A DNA stretch of 64,000 nt, taken from assembly GCA_022605425.2 (NCBI GenBank), contig CM061246.1, positions 248,001-312,000 on the forward strand. The letters run 5' to 3'. Below the pieces are notes generated by a model. It was not told the DNA's origin. It searched no databases and saw nothing but the letters and a program-made list of their open reading frames with translations. This document shows, piece by piece, positions 35,666 through 47,086 of the stretch (positions are counted from its first letter, which is position 1; the number at the start of each line of letters is the position of its first letter). The DNA comes from Hamiltosporidium tvaerminnensis FI-OER-3-3. Taxonomy: Eukaryota; Fungi; Microsporidia. The position numbers and the translations under genes were made by a program.

Positions 35666-36337
35666 ATGTGCACATTTAAAATTGCCATTGATGGGCCAGC
35701 TGGTGTTGGAAAGAGTTCTACCGCATGTGAAGTCGCCAGAATACTTGGCTTCTCAAGAATAGATTCTGGTTCTATTTATAGAGCAGTTACCTTTTTATTG
35801 ATTAAAAAATTTGGTTCAGATATTGACATTACAAGAAAAAATGAGATTGAAATTTTTTTAAAAGATATGAATATTTCAATAAAAAACGAAAGAATTTTTA
35901 GTAATGAAGAAGATTTAAGTAAAAATTTACGAGATGAAATTGTTGAAAAAAAAGTTGCTTTAATTGCTAAAGAATCATATATTAGAGACATTGTAAAAGA
36001 GATACAAATTAAGGCTGCAAATACATCCAAAAGTGGTATTATTATAGATGGAAGAGATATTGGTACGGTTATTTTACCAAATGCAAATTTAAAAATATTT
36101 TTAACTGCCAAAGATGAAGTAAGGGCAAAGAGAAGATATGAAGAATATGTTGAAAAGTCTTCTGTTAATTTTGATACAATTTTAGATGAAATTAAAAAAC
36201 GTGATTATGAAGATATTAATAGAAAAACTGCCCCTCTTAAATGTGCAGAAGATGCCATTATAATTGATAATAGTGATATGACTTTCCAAGAACAAGTCGA
36301 AATAATAGTGGATTTGGTTAAAAAGAAAATGGTTTAA
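35666..36337 (+). CDS. cmk: Cytidylate kinase, bacterial Cmk type
   Basis: IAIDGPAGVGKSS, DSGSIYRA, DGRDIGTVILPNA.LKIFLTA...RAKRR, RD..D..R..APL. Confidence 0.93.
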   Translation: MCTFKIAIDGPAGVGKSSTACEVARILGFSRIDSGSIYRAVTFLLIKKFGSDIDITRKNEIEIFLKDMNISIKNERIFSNEEDLSKNLRDEIVEKKVALIAKESYIRDIVKEIQIKAANTSKSGIIIDGRDIGTVILPNANLKIFLTAKDEVRAKRRYEEYVEKSSVNFDTILDEIKKRDYEDINRKTAPLKCAEDAIIIDNSDMTFQEQVEIIVDLVKKKMV

Positions 36338-36716
36338 ATTTTCATATAATTAAAACCAAAATAGTTTTATTGTTTTTTCTTATAGTTCGATTGATAGATC
36401 TATTATTTTATTGCTATTAAATCTGAAATAGTTCTATACGTTTTTTACAATCGATGTGGATAAATCTAAGATTTTATTAAAAAATTGAGATGAATTTATA
36501 CTTTCATACACGTAAATTGACAAATATTTTATATTTTTTTTAATAAATTTGAATAGAGTTTATTATTTTTAATTTTATAAACGAATGCCACTTTTTTTAT
36601 ATGAATATTTCTATGTTTCCTAATCATTCTCTAACCTGTCAAATTTTATAATCTAAATTAAAATATATACATTATAGATTTTTGATTGTTCATACACATC
36701 ATTAATTAGTTTAAAA

Positions 36717-37428
36717 GATGGAGAGAGTCTAAACATAGAGAACCTTCTGATTGGCATGAATAAGTTAAATGATATATGAAATCATTGTTTGAATTTTTGA
36801 TGACAATAAAAACACACTACATTTTCGGTTGTTTACCTAAATTTCGTATATGGAGGTACGAAATGGCGAAAATTTTTCTACAAATCTATTTTTAAGTTTT
36901 TTTTTGCAGCAGGATTATAGACCGCATTATACTTTAAGGTAATTGTCATGTAAAGGCATGGAAACTTGGCCTCTCTCACTCAGGTTAGAAGAACTAGCGC
37001 CTTGGAGATATAAAAATAAACCCATTAAAGCCAGAATATTTAAGTAGCAGAGTATATCTGTTGGTATGACATTGCATTGAATAGATGGACTTATGTAAGT
37101 CGTGGAAATCTATCTTAGCTGAATGTCTGTTGATTTGGGAAGAGTAGAATAAGCACGATGTAGCATGGTTTTAAGGGTGCTCATGGGGGTTTCGATCTAC
37201 GATCACACTTCATGCAACGGACATTAACGCACTCCAGGCAACTGCCTCGCCCATTAATTGGGTTCTATACACCTGGTAGATGAAATGCTATGGAATATAT
37301 GTATACCAGGGGATACTGATGGTGTATTCAGGTAGGTGTTATTTATTTTAAACCTAGAACTGCTTTAAAGCCATGGAAAAAAATATAAAACTTACCATTA
37401 TAAAAAAAGGTCATACTTTTAAATAAAA
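36717..37428 (+). mobile_element. Long non-coding SINE-like retroelement, family L, copy C
   Basis: Shares blocks such as CTCACTCAGGTTAGAAGA, CTGTTGGTATGACATTGCA, GATCACACTTCATGCAACG, CAACTGCCTCG and AAACCTAGAACTGC with copies A, B and D. No clear TSD. Confidence 0.8.
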
Positions 37429-38387
37429 TAACGACTTTTTTATTTCCATATCTTCATTACACAAATTTTTTTTTATCAAATTTAATTTTATAATCAAAAT
37501 GAATATTTTATCCGATTTTTCTTATCTGGATGGTTATTTTGAAATCGTTTAAAATTTCTCTTTGATACTTTAATTGCAGAAAATGATATGTAATAATAAA
37601 TTGTTGCAAATTTCTTTTTCTTCTCAATTCTTTTCAAAATTCTTTGTCATATTTTATTTGATTTGATCAAACACAAATTTTAATGACTTAATACAAAAAT
37701 AATTGCATGGTTTCTTGAATAGTATTAAATATAAATGTTTCTCAATCAAATTAGGAATTTTGCACAATCAAATCGCAAAACAATAGAATATTAGATGGAG
37801 AAATAAACGATATAAAATATAAATTCGATATAAAAATGCTTTTTACTAAAATAATTTCTGTTTATATTTTTAAGTTTGAGTATTTGTTGGTAGAATTACG
37901 AAACAACCTATATTTCATTAAGATTTTTCACTTTTGCAATAAAAATATTTGATTAAAAATTACAACCCTGACTTAAATCTTTTTTTATTTTTCTCAATTT
38001 TTTTAGTCTAATTCTTTAATATTTACATATAAGTTTCAAAATGTTTGATAAATACTTTACCATAAGTATTTTAACAAAAAGAAAAGGTGATTATGACTTA
38101 ATTTAGACATTATAACCCAAATTAAATGCATAAACTTTACGGTTTATACAATACTTTCTGATTAGAAAACAGCAATTTTATATTTTGAATAAATTATATT
38201 GTAAATTACTGTTTATGATTTAATATGCAGTGTGTATTTTTTTAAACTCAACTTTTTCTCATTAAAAATTAATTAGAAATTTATTATTATACTTTACACA
38301 ATTATATAATAAAGCGATTGAAATTTTTAAATATTATTTTTGTTAGCAGTGGAATTTATATTTATTTATGTTTCAATTTATATTATC

Positions 38388-38531
38388 GAAATATATATTA
38401 ATTATAACTTTTTACAGCTGATTTGAAATATAAACATCTTTTAGTAGTTATTAAGTTTGCAATTTATATTTACGAAATATATATTAATTATAACTTTTTA
38501 CATTTTGATTTGAAATATAAACATCTTTTAG
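38388..38531. repeat. ~57-bp direct repeat, two copies
   Basis: CGAAATATATATTAATTATAACTTTTTACA..TGATTTGAAATATAAACATCTTTTAG at about 38388 and 38473. Confidence 0.85.
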
Positions 38532-38751
38532 AGTATTTCATAACCTAAATCCACTACTTTTAGATCTTTTTTAGGTTTTAAAGGATTTTTATTGTTTAGT
38601 ATAAATATGTTGTTTTAGAATTTTATAAACATAGTCTACGACTTTGACATTTTTTTTCGTTTTTTTAAGATAAATTATTGGGAAATATTGAATTATACTT
38701 TTTAATAAACAAATATCAAAGTATAATTTACTTTTTTTGAAACAAAATTTC

Positions 38752-39981
38752 TTACGACTTATCATCTTCAGTAAAATTGAATATTACCATATAAATCATA
38801 AGCAATGTAGATATAATGGCAACAACAATAGCAGACACTCTTAAAAATCCATAATAATGATTAGTGAATATATAAACAAGAGATGGTATTATATACGTAA
38901 TAGATGTAGCAGCAGTGGCACCGATGAATTTTAAAACACTATCAAAATCCAAATCGGGAATACATGCGAGTATACCGACTGTAATGCAGAATATAAAAGT
39001 AAGTATTTTTCGCATCGTATCTTCTGAACTTTCATTTCGCGGTTTTTTTGTGATCAAAAATATTAAATTTATTACTGAATCTTTTGCTGGTTGTTGCTGT
39101 GTAGGGAATGCACTCATCATCACGCAACAAAAACAAATAACTGCAATTTTATTGAGTATCATAAATTTGTCGAACGTATCTTGTATCAAAAAGCGAGAAA
39201 GTTTGGTGCTTTTATCCAAAAAGCTGTCAAGAATACTACCATCAATAGAAGATCCAGCAATAAAATATCCAAAAAAACCAATCACCAAATAAATAGAGGA
39301 TCCAAATAAAACAGAAAGTCCAGAAATCAAAGTAATATTTTTTAAGCTCTTATTCTGAAGTTCAGAATATACTTTAATAATATTTTGGTGGCATCCCAAT
39401 GCAAATATTATAACACTTAAAGCAGAATTAAATTTGTAATTGAAATTTACTTTCTCACCTTCACTGTATTTTCCTCTTGTGAGTAAAGAATAGTATAAAA
39501 TAAGAGAAGCCAAGTAAGTAACAGATCCTACACTTAAGAAAGAAACGTATCGCAAATTTTTCAAGTTTTTCAAAGATGCAAGATAATAAAGAGGTGGAAG
39601 AAAAATCATTACCATATAAAATCTGCTTATTTCTTTTCCTATAAGTTTTGGTATCCATGTAGCCAATGCAATCATATATACCAAGCAACATGAATATCCT
39701 TGTAATGCAATACATAAATCCGCAAATACTGCCATAAATTTATTTATATTCTTGCAAACAGAATAATACGTTTGCTTTTCATTTTTATTCATCTTCACTG
39801 CAGCAGACGAAATAGCGTAAAGAGTAAAAAATGAAATAATAGATGTAGAAACAAATTGCAATGTACCAAATACGTATCCCACATCACCAAAAGCGCTCGG
39901 TAACATTATTACACCCGAACCCATCATTGTTGTCACCATAGCTGTTATACCTTGAAAAGTATTAAGTCCATTGTGTGTCAT
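38752..39981 (-). CDS. Amino-acid transporter, AAAP/SLC38 (Avt-like) family
   Basis: TMMGSGVIMLP.AF...G, LRYVSFLSV, IFALGCHQN, IGFFGY; about 11 hydrophobic segments. Start moved to the ATG at 39981 because it follows CCCATA. Confidence 0.9.
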   Translation of the reverse strand: MTHNGLNTFQGITAMVTTMMGSGVIMLPSAFGDVGYVFGTLQFVSTSIISFFTLYAISSAAVKMNKNEKQTYYSVCKNINKFMAVFADLCIALQGYSCCLVYMIALATWIPKLIGKEISRFYMVMIFLPPLYYLASLKNLKNLRYVSFLSVGSVTYLASLILYYSLLTRGKYSEGEKVNFNYKFNSALSVIIFALGCHQNIIKVYSELQNKSLKNITLISGLSVLFGSSIYLVIGFFGYFIAGSSIDGSILDSFLDKSTKLSRFLIQDTFDKFMILNKIAVICFCCVMMSAFPTQQQPAKDSVINLIFLITKKPRNESSEDTMRKILTFIFCITVGILACIPDLDFDSVLKFIGATAATSITYIIPSLVYIFTNHYYGFLRVSAIVVAIISTLLMIYMVIFNFTEDDKS

Positions 39982-40491
39982 TATGGGTAAATTACATAAT
40001 TCTAATAAACACACTCATTTATATTTAATTGAATGCAGAACAATAAATTCTAATTAAGAAAATGTTTATATTTTATACAGACAAAATCGATTTAATCAAA
40101 GAAATATTCATCTAAATATATTAAATATTAATCATGATCTTGATATATCACGTGTATTAAATAAATATATTCGTATTTTAAGGTGTATATAAATATTAAA
40201 TTAATATATTCTTACTGAAATACAAAGAAATCAAAGAATGTTATTAGAAATTATCAAATCATAATGAAATTATAGAGAAAAAATAATTAATAAATAAAAG
40301 ATATTTTATTTACGATAGAATTTATTAATATACCTAAAAATTAAGAAATCTGATATAATTTATTAAGTAAATTAACATATTCCCACAAATAAATATTAAA
40401 TAAACAAAAAAAATTAGAAGAAATTACACCTACTAGTATAATAAGTAAATTAGAATAAATTCTCTACCGCCAAATTAATTAGTATACAAAG

Positions 40492-40645
40492 TAATTATTA
40501 AATATATTTTATTCTACGATTTAAATAGATTAATTATTAAATATATTTTATTCTACGTTTAAATAGATTAATTATTAAATATATTTTATTCTACGATTTA
40601 AATAGATTAATTATTAAATATATTTTATTCTACGTTTAAATAGAT
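40492..40645. repeat. Minisatellite: four units alternating 39 and 38 bp (77-bp dimer x2)
   Basis: TAATTATTAAATATATTTTATTCTACG(A)TTTAAATAGAT four times. Confidence 0.95.
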
Positions 40646-41825
40646 TATTAATGAAGATTAAAATTATAATAAAAATTTTATGTAGAAATTATGAGTTCTT
40701 CGCATATTCGGTATATAAAGAAAAATATAACAGATAAATTAATTTGAATGTTTGAAGTATCAAAAAATAATATCAAAAGTTTGAAAAAAATATAAAATAG
40801 AAAATAAAGCCAAGCTATATCAAATTAAAACATAATATTATTGCTTTTAAGAAAAAAGTGTTTATAAACATGAATATATAATTATTTGAATCTTTTTGTA
40901 ATTATTTAAGTCTCTATATTAACTTGTATAAAAAAAATTTAAGCTGATTTTATTTATTAAATAAATTAAATTAAGGCATTCAATATTCTGATTAAGATGC
41001 CTTAAATTGTAATAAAAGTTATTTTAATCAAAAAATATATTTGTAATAAAAAATTTCCTATCGAATTGATTATTGGTTCAAAAAAATGAAATTTTAGTCC
41101 ATATTATTTAATAATTGAAAAATATATCTTAATTCCAGTGAAATAAAAAAATTAAAAAGTTAAATTGCTAAAATTAGAATCACATCATGATAAGTGATTT
41201 TGAATAATTTATATATAAGAAAATGGAAATATATTTACACTCTGAATATTTTAAGATGTTAGTAATAAGATCAATAAATTATATTTATCAATAAACTATT
41301 TAAATAAATCTAATTCTAAATTTAAATAAAAATATTATAAAAATATCTTTTGTTTCAAATAATTCTATTGAAGTATAAATTAAATCAAAAAAAAGATTTA
41401 ATAGAAATTTTAGAAGATTACGATACAATTATTACAAAATGGGATATTTAATTATTTATTAAAGTAATCTAAAATATAATATTTATTTTGTAATCTAACA
41501 TAAGTAATATTTTATTTTGTAGAAAAATAATTTTACGAGTTGACTAATATTATGGATAAAAAACTATAAAACATCTGAAATCTAACATATAAAGTCTAAA
41601 CTATGAGAACTGAAAATCTAGCTAAGAACAATTAATAAATACAACTCTAATTTATTAATTAAATTTAAAAAAAATATATTTTTAAATTTTTTTCAAAACT
41701 TCTGTTTAAATTTGTTTTTATCTTATAATTAAACATGATATTTACTATTATTTATAATAAGTTTACACCTTAAGCTTTGTATAAAATAATTCTATAAAGT
41801 TATATAATACAGTAATTCATTGTAT

Positions 41826-41898
41826 AAATATTTATTAGAAGACTGTGATTTCTTAAAAAATATTTATTAGAAGACAGTGATTTTTTAAAAAATATTTG
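41826..41898. repeat. 32-bp tandem duplication
   Basis: AAAATATTTATTAGAAGAC(T/A)GTGATTT(C/T)TTAA twice. Confidence 0.85.
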
Positions 41899-42656
41899 GT
41901 AATTAGTTTTATATTATTTTGTATTTTAAATTTAGAAAAGATATTTCAATCTTTAATAATAAATTGGTTTTAAACTGTAGATATGTGTTTTAATAGTTTG
42001 CTTAATATACAATAGGAATTCTAAGCATCTGGTAAATTACCCAGCTATTTTAACATTGCTTTACGATTTAAATTTAGCTTAAAAATGCAGATAATGCCGT
42101 TAATTATAGATATATTTTATAGTTTTTTAAAAAAACATCAAAAAAATTTCTGATTGTAAAGGTATGTCAATCACATTTTAAAAAGATATATCAATGATTT
42201 CAATTATTCTTCCTTGTAATGTACTATAAATAGCTAATTTTTTATATAAAAACTTGTTACAATTCTTCTCCTTTTTTAATTTCTATATAATTAAAAATTT
42301 ATTTCAAAATACTGATTTTTAACGGGTGCAATCGCATTCCAAATCGCTATTCTTTTATTCCTATGTCTTATTTGAGGAAATTTAATCTTCGATTGAAACG
42401 GATTTTTTATTATCGTAGATAATATTTTTTTGTGACGATAGAAATTTAGTTTTAGAAACTTTGTATTTAAAACTATAAAGTTGAATAGAAAAGTAAAAAA
42501 ATTAAACCACAAAAATACTAAAATAAATAAATTTTGAAACATTTAAATATTTTATGTAAGAAAAATAAATTTAAATGTTTTTTAAAAGCAAGATTTCTAT
42601 CTCTAAAGATTCAAAGATCAAGATATATTCAAAATAATTATCTAAATAGCCCACAT

Positions 42657-45073
42657 ATGGATATCAAAGGCCAAAAAAAACAACAATTTAAAACGAAAAA
42701 GAAAGCACCATTACAAACAGATTTATTTTATAAATGTTTTTTTAACGATTGTATTCTCAAATATTCGACTGTACATGGATTAAAAAAGCACTTAAAGTCG
42801 TATAACCATCTGTCTTATTTAGCCAATATTAATAAAACGATTAAATGTCCATTTAGAGATTGCAACGCAACGGGAGAAATAACTTCGCACGCAGAAAAAT
42901 ATCATTCGGCCTTTTTTGAAGTAATAAAAGAATATTTACAATATCTAAGTAAAATAAATATAAGTTATATACGTAAAGAAAACACATCAAATATAACTAC
43001 TACCAAGAAAAATGTTAGTTTTCATGATATTTGTAAAGTAGATTTAATTATTAACGAAATATTTTCTTCTGTATTTTGCAATGGAATTTTAAAAATTAAC
43101 GATTCGGAAAATACGAAATCTACATTTTATTGTTCAATTCCTGGCTGTGGAAAAATATTTCAAAGTCATATTGCATATAAGTATCATACAAAAACCCAAG
43201 TACATTTTCTCTCTTATATAATTGCACATTATGAAAGAAAAAAAGATATTTGTCTTGATCATAACCATTTGATTGGTATTTTTAAAAAATATTTCAAAAT
43301 TGTAGATAAATTCTATTTGACTGATATTTCACATTATTGTTCAAATAAACCGGATTTGATTGTACCAATACTTTTTACAACTGAAAATACTATTCTTCCA
43401 ACCAATAAAAGTAAAAATAGTGGTTTCGCATTTTCTACTGTCAAAAGACCATCTTTTTTTCAGGAAAAAATACCCGAAGTTTCTGATGTAGATTCGGGTC
43501 AGACTGATAATATTTTAAACTTTAAATCAGATGAACTTGATTCCTTTATTCAAAGAAAAAATAATATAAATTTCTTACAAGATAATCAAGTTTTTTATTT
43601 TAACGGAAAACGATATAATTCGATTGATATTCAAATTATAGACAATTTACGTATTAAAAATACAGAAAAAAAATAATTTGCGCTGAAAAAACAACTTTTA
43701 GAAATAAAAAAATAATTTTTGTTTCATTGACCGATTTTTCCACAAAAAATTTTCAAATATTCAAATTTTCTTCTGGAATTTCATTTATTCAAATCATGGA
43801 CATTAGTCTGGCAACATTTTATACTTTAAAGTTTGAATATGGATACGTCTGTAAAATTCATATATGTAGTTCAGATTCTCTGCAGCTTATTTGTCTTTTT
43901 AAAGATGGAAAAATTCGCTCTTTTTTTCTCGAAGGCAATCTTTCCAATCCTACAGTTTTAAATTTAAAAGAATATCCAGGAAAAAATTATACAAATATTG
44001 CATTTCACAATTCCAACACATCACACGCGAAACTACTCTTTGCTACAGATGGTTTCAAACTCTACACATTCCATGACTCTACACTTCTACACACATCACA
44101 AGTTTTTTCATATCCAATCACACTCATACATTTTAATTTAGATAAATTAATATGTACAGATACCAACGGAACAATTTACACATCAAATGTAGATTATACA
44201 CAGACAAAACCATTATTTTCTCAATTTGGTACTACATATGTAGCTCCTCATATACCCAATCATCTTCTTATATCAGATACATTTTCAAACATTACCAAAA
44301 TACTTGATATGACCAGACCAATCAATAAAATACGTATTATTTCGTACAATAGCACATCTGTATCAATTACAGACAATACCGTTCTTTATATTGGCACATA
44401 TACAGGTTCAGTAATTTTACCACAATTTACCACCAAAAAAAACATTTGTTCGTATAATATCATCACATGTCATTCCTTCGAAAATACACTTTTCTTCTTT
44501 ACAAATTCACACACAGATATGTACAATTTTTCCATAAAAAAACAAATACCACCTCGTGATATATGTACACCAAAAAATACTAATATTTTGTACACGTCAC
44601 ATAACCAAAACGATATAAAATACTTAGATAATACTAATAGATACGATAGTAAATATACTAAAGATAATACAGATATCAAAAAAAATATAAAAGACACCCG
44701 TAATATTGATAGATTAGATAATACAAATATTGAAAGAAACATAAAAGCTACAAATAATAAATATAAATCAGATATCGTTTACAACGCATATACTAATAAT
44801 AATACAAACAGTTCAATCCATAGAAAAAATAGTATAGGTTTAGATTGTATAGATAATCTAGATATTTCAAGCAATAATCAATCAGATTTAAATCTTAATT
44901 CAAAAAATGAATTTGATTTTACTGTAGATATCAATAAAAATACAAAAGATGATAAAGAATTGCAAATTTCTGATTATAGTAACAGTGTTATATCATTACA
45001 TATAACATCCAAATATCTTATAATATTTTATAGTAATGGATATATCATTTGTATGGAAAAAATGTTTTTATAA
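42657..45073 (+). CDS. C2H2 zinc-finger protein with a C-terminal beta-rich (WD40-like) region; one gene split by a -1 frameshift at 43666-43673
   Basis: YKCFFNDC...LKKHLKSYNH, KCPFRDC...H...H and FYCSIPGCGKIF...YH...H in ORF 1. The ORF 2 frame is open back to 43658 and overlaps the A8 run. The ATG at 42657 follows CCCACAT. Confidence 0.7.
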
Positions 45074-46910
45074 GATCAAAGGTAATTAATACCCGTAGTC
45101 TCTTTTAATTTTATATTAAAAACAAAAAAGTTTATTTTTTACAATTGTTGCAATATATTTTTAATTTATTTAATTTAATACTTTTAATAGAAATATTAAT
45201 TAAAATTTGTATGTATATATAAGAATATTAAATCATATTCATATTTAAATATGTAAATATGATTTGATGTATTCGTAATATGAATGAAAATAAATATATA
45301 TTTTGATTAAGTATTAAATAAATTAGTATTATTAAATAAAGTTTACAAATCTTTTATTGAAAAATATGATTATTCGTCTTTCAGTAAAAATTTTCGACAA
45401 ACACTCTTTGAGTTGAACATATTTAAAATAATTACAAAAGTATATTTGTATAGAAATGAATTAGTAAATTAAATCCAGAAAGATAAGAGCAGACAAAAAT
45501 ATTCTAGTGATCTATATAGAATTTAGAGCCAGTGAAAGTAAAGACGAATTACCAAATAAGTTATATTCTAACTTGTAAGATTGAAAAGAATTACAGTAAA
45601 AATGTAGTGTTTTTGAGCTTTAAGAAATATAATCCAAAATAAAACCACACCATGAAAAGATGTAATCAGTAGGAATGTTTTATACGCAATGATTAAAGAT
45701 TATAGCACAACTCTATTGGATTAATAGATAAATATAAATTTTATATCTAAAATAAATCCAATGTCTTTTTTTTGCGAAAATATAAGAATAAATATTTAAA
45801 AACATGGTTGACAGTACAAATACAACTTTTTATAAAATGTAATGTTTATAGAATAGTTGTAATTTAGATAATTTATTCAATCCAGCATATCAAATACGAA
45901 TAAATTAAATGGTTTTTTTAAAATTCCAAAATCAAAATAATATATTTTTTAATAGGAATTTATCCGAAACGAAATTGGCTAAGTTAAAGTTCTGTAATGA
46001 AAAATTCGGTATGGCATTACACAACTATAACTTTAATCAAACACTTCTCCTGTATTTTAGAATCTCAATAAACACAGTAGAATAAAAGTATATATTCTAT
46101 AAATAGTCATCGGCTAAAAATAAATTATTCATTTGATAAATTAATAATCCAAAAATATATTCAAATCACATAGAAATTTAGGATAGATTATAAAAATAAA
46201 GAAAACATTATTATTCAAGATAAACAACTAGAATAATTTTGTTATAACTTATAAACTTAAAAGTAAATTATAAGACCAAAATACAACTGAGGAAAATAGT
46301 ATATACATACTTATATCAATTTTTAGAGAAATATAGGTATAAATTTGGCTGATCTCGAAAGAAAAATAATCTGACGTCAACATATTTTATTTCCCTAAGA
46401 AATACAGAATACAATGATCTTAAAAACCTACAAAAATGCAAATTATCAATTGGAATTGCAACAGAAAGACAAACTAACTAAACAAATAACAAAATATGCC
46501 TATAAATTACGCAATGTCTTTTCTTAAATATTATATAAAATTAAATTAATCTTAAAAAGAAACATATAATTGGATCAAGTCGAAGCAAAATAAATTTACT
46601 CACAATTTTAGAAGATTAAATTAAATTGGTTAAGATATAATTCTTTTTCATAATATTAAATACATTAGTAATGAAAATATTGCGTACATGGCACAATTAA
46701 AATATTCTGCTTATAAATTATCGAATTAAATTCTGATAATAGTTTGTAACAGATATTTTAATTTAGGTAGGTTTTAGGGTTCGGATTAGACAAATCGTAA
46801 TTTTATAATCTAAAATTGAATTTAGATAAGAAAATATTAAATAAATTAACTCTAAAATTATTTTAGCCGAAGTAAGTAAAAAAAATTGTTTCATTCTAAA
46901 GAAATGTATT

Positions 46911-47040
46911 TAAATTAAAATAAAAGGCAATGAATCAAAATAAAAGGCAGTGAATTAAAATAAGAGGGAGTGAATTAAAATAAATCCCAATGAATTAAAA
47001 TAAAAGACAATGAATTAAAATAAAAGCCAATAAATCAAAA
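46911..47040. repeat. 20-bp period minisatellite (~6.5 units)
   Basis: TGAATTAAAATAA followed by a variable 7-mer (AAGGCAA, AAGGCAG, GAGGGAG, ATCCCAA, AAGACAA, AAGCCAA). Confidence 0.9.
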
Positions 47041-47086
47041 TATAAAATCAGGGGGAAATAATTACTAATTGATTATTTTATTGTTA

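Noticed and set aside
43651-43665. GT...CAG 15-mer as a mini-intron repairing the frameshift
   Set aside because: Removing 15 nt keeps the frame, so the TAA remains.
46911-47040. CRISPR-like look of the constant/variable array
   Set aside because: The units are only 20 bp, the variable parts are 7 nt and related to each other, there are no cas genes, and the context is eukaryotic.
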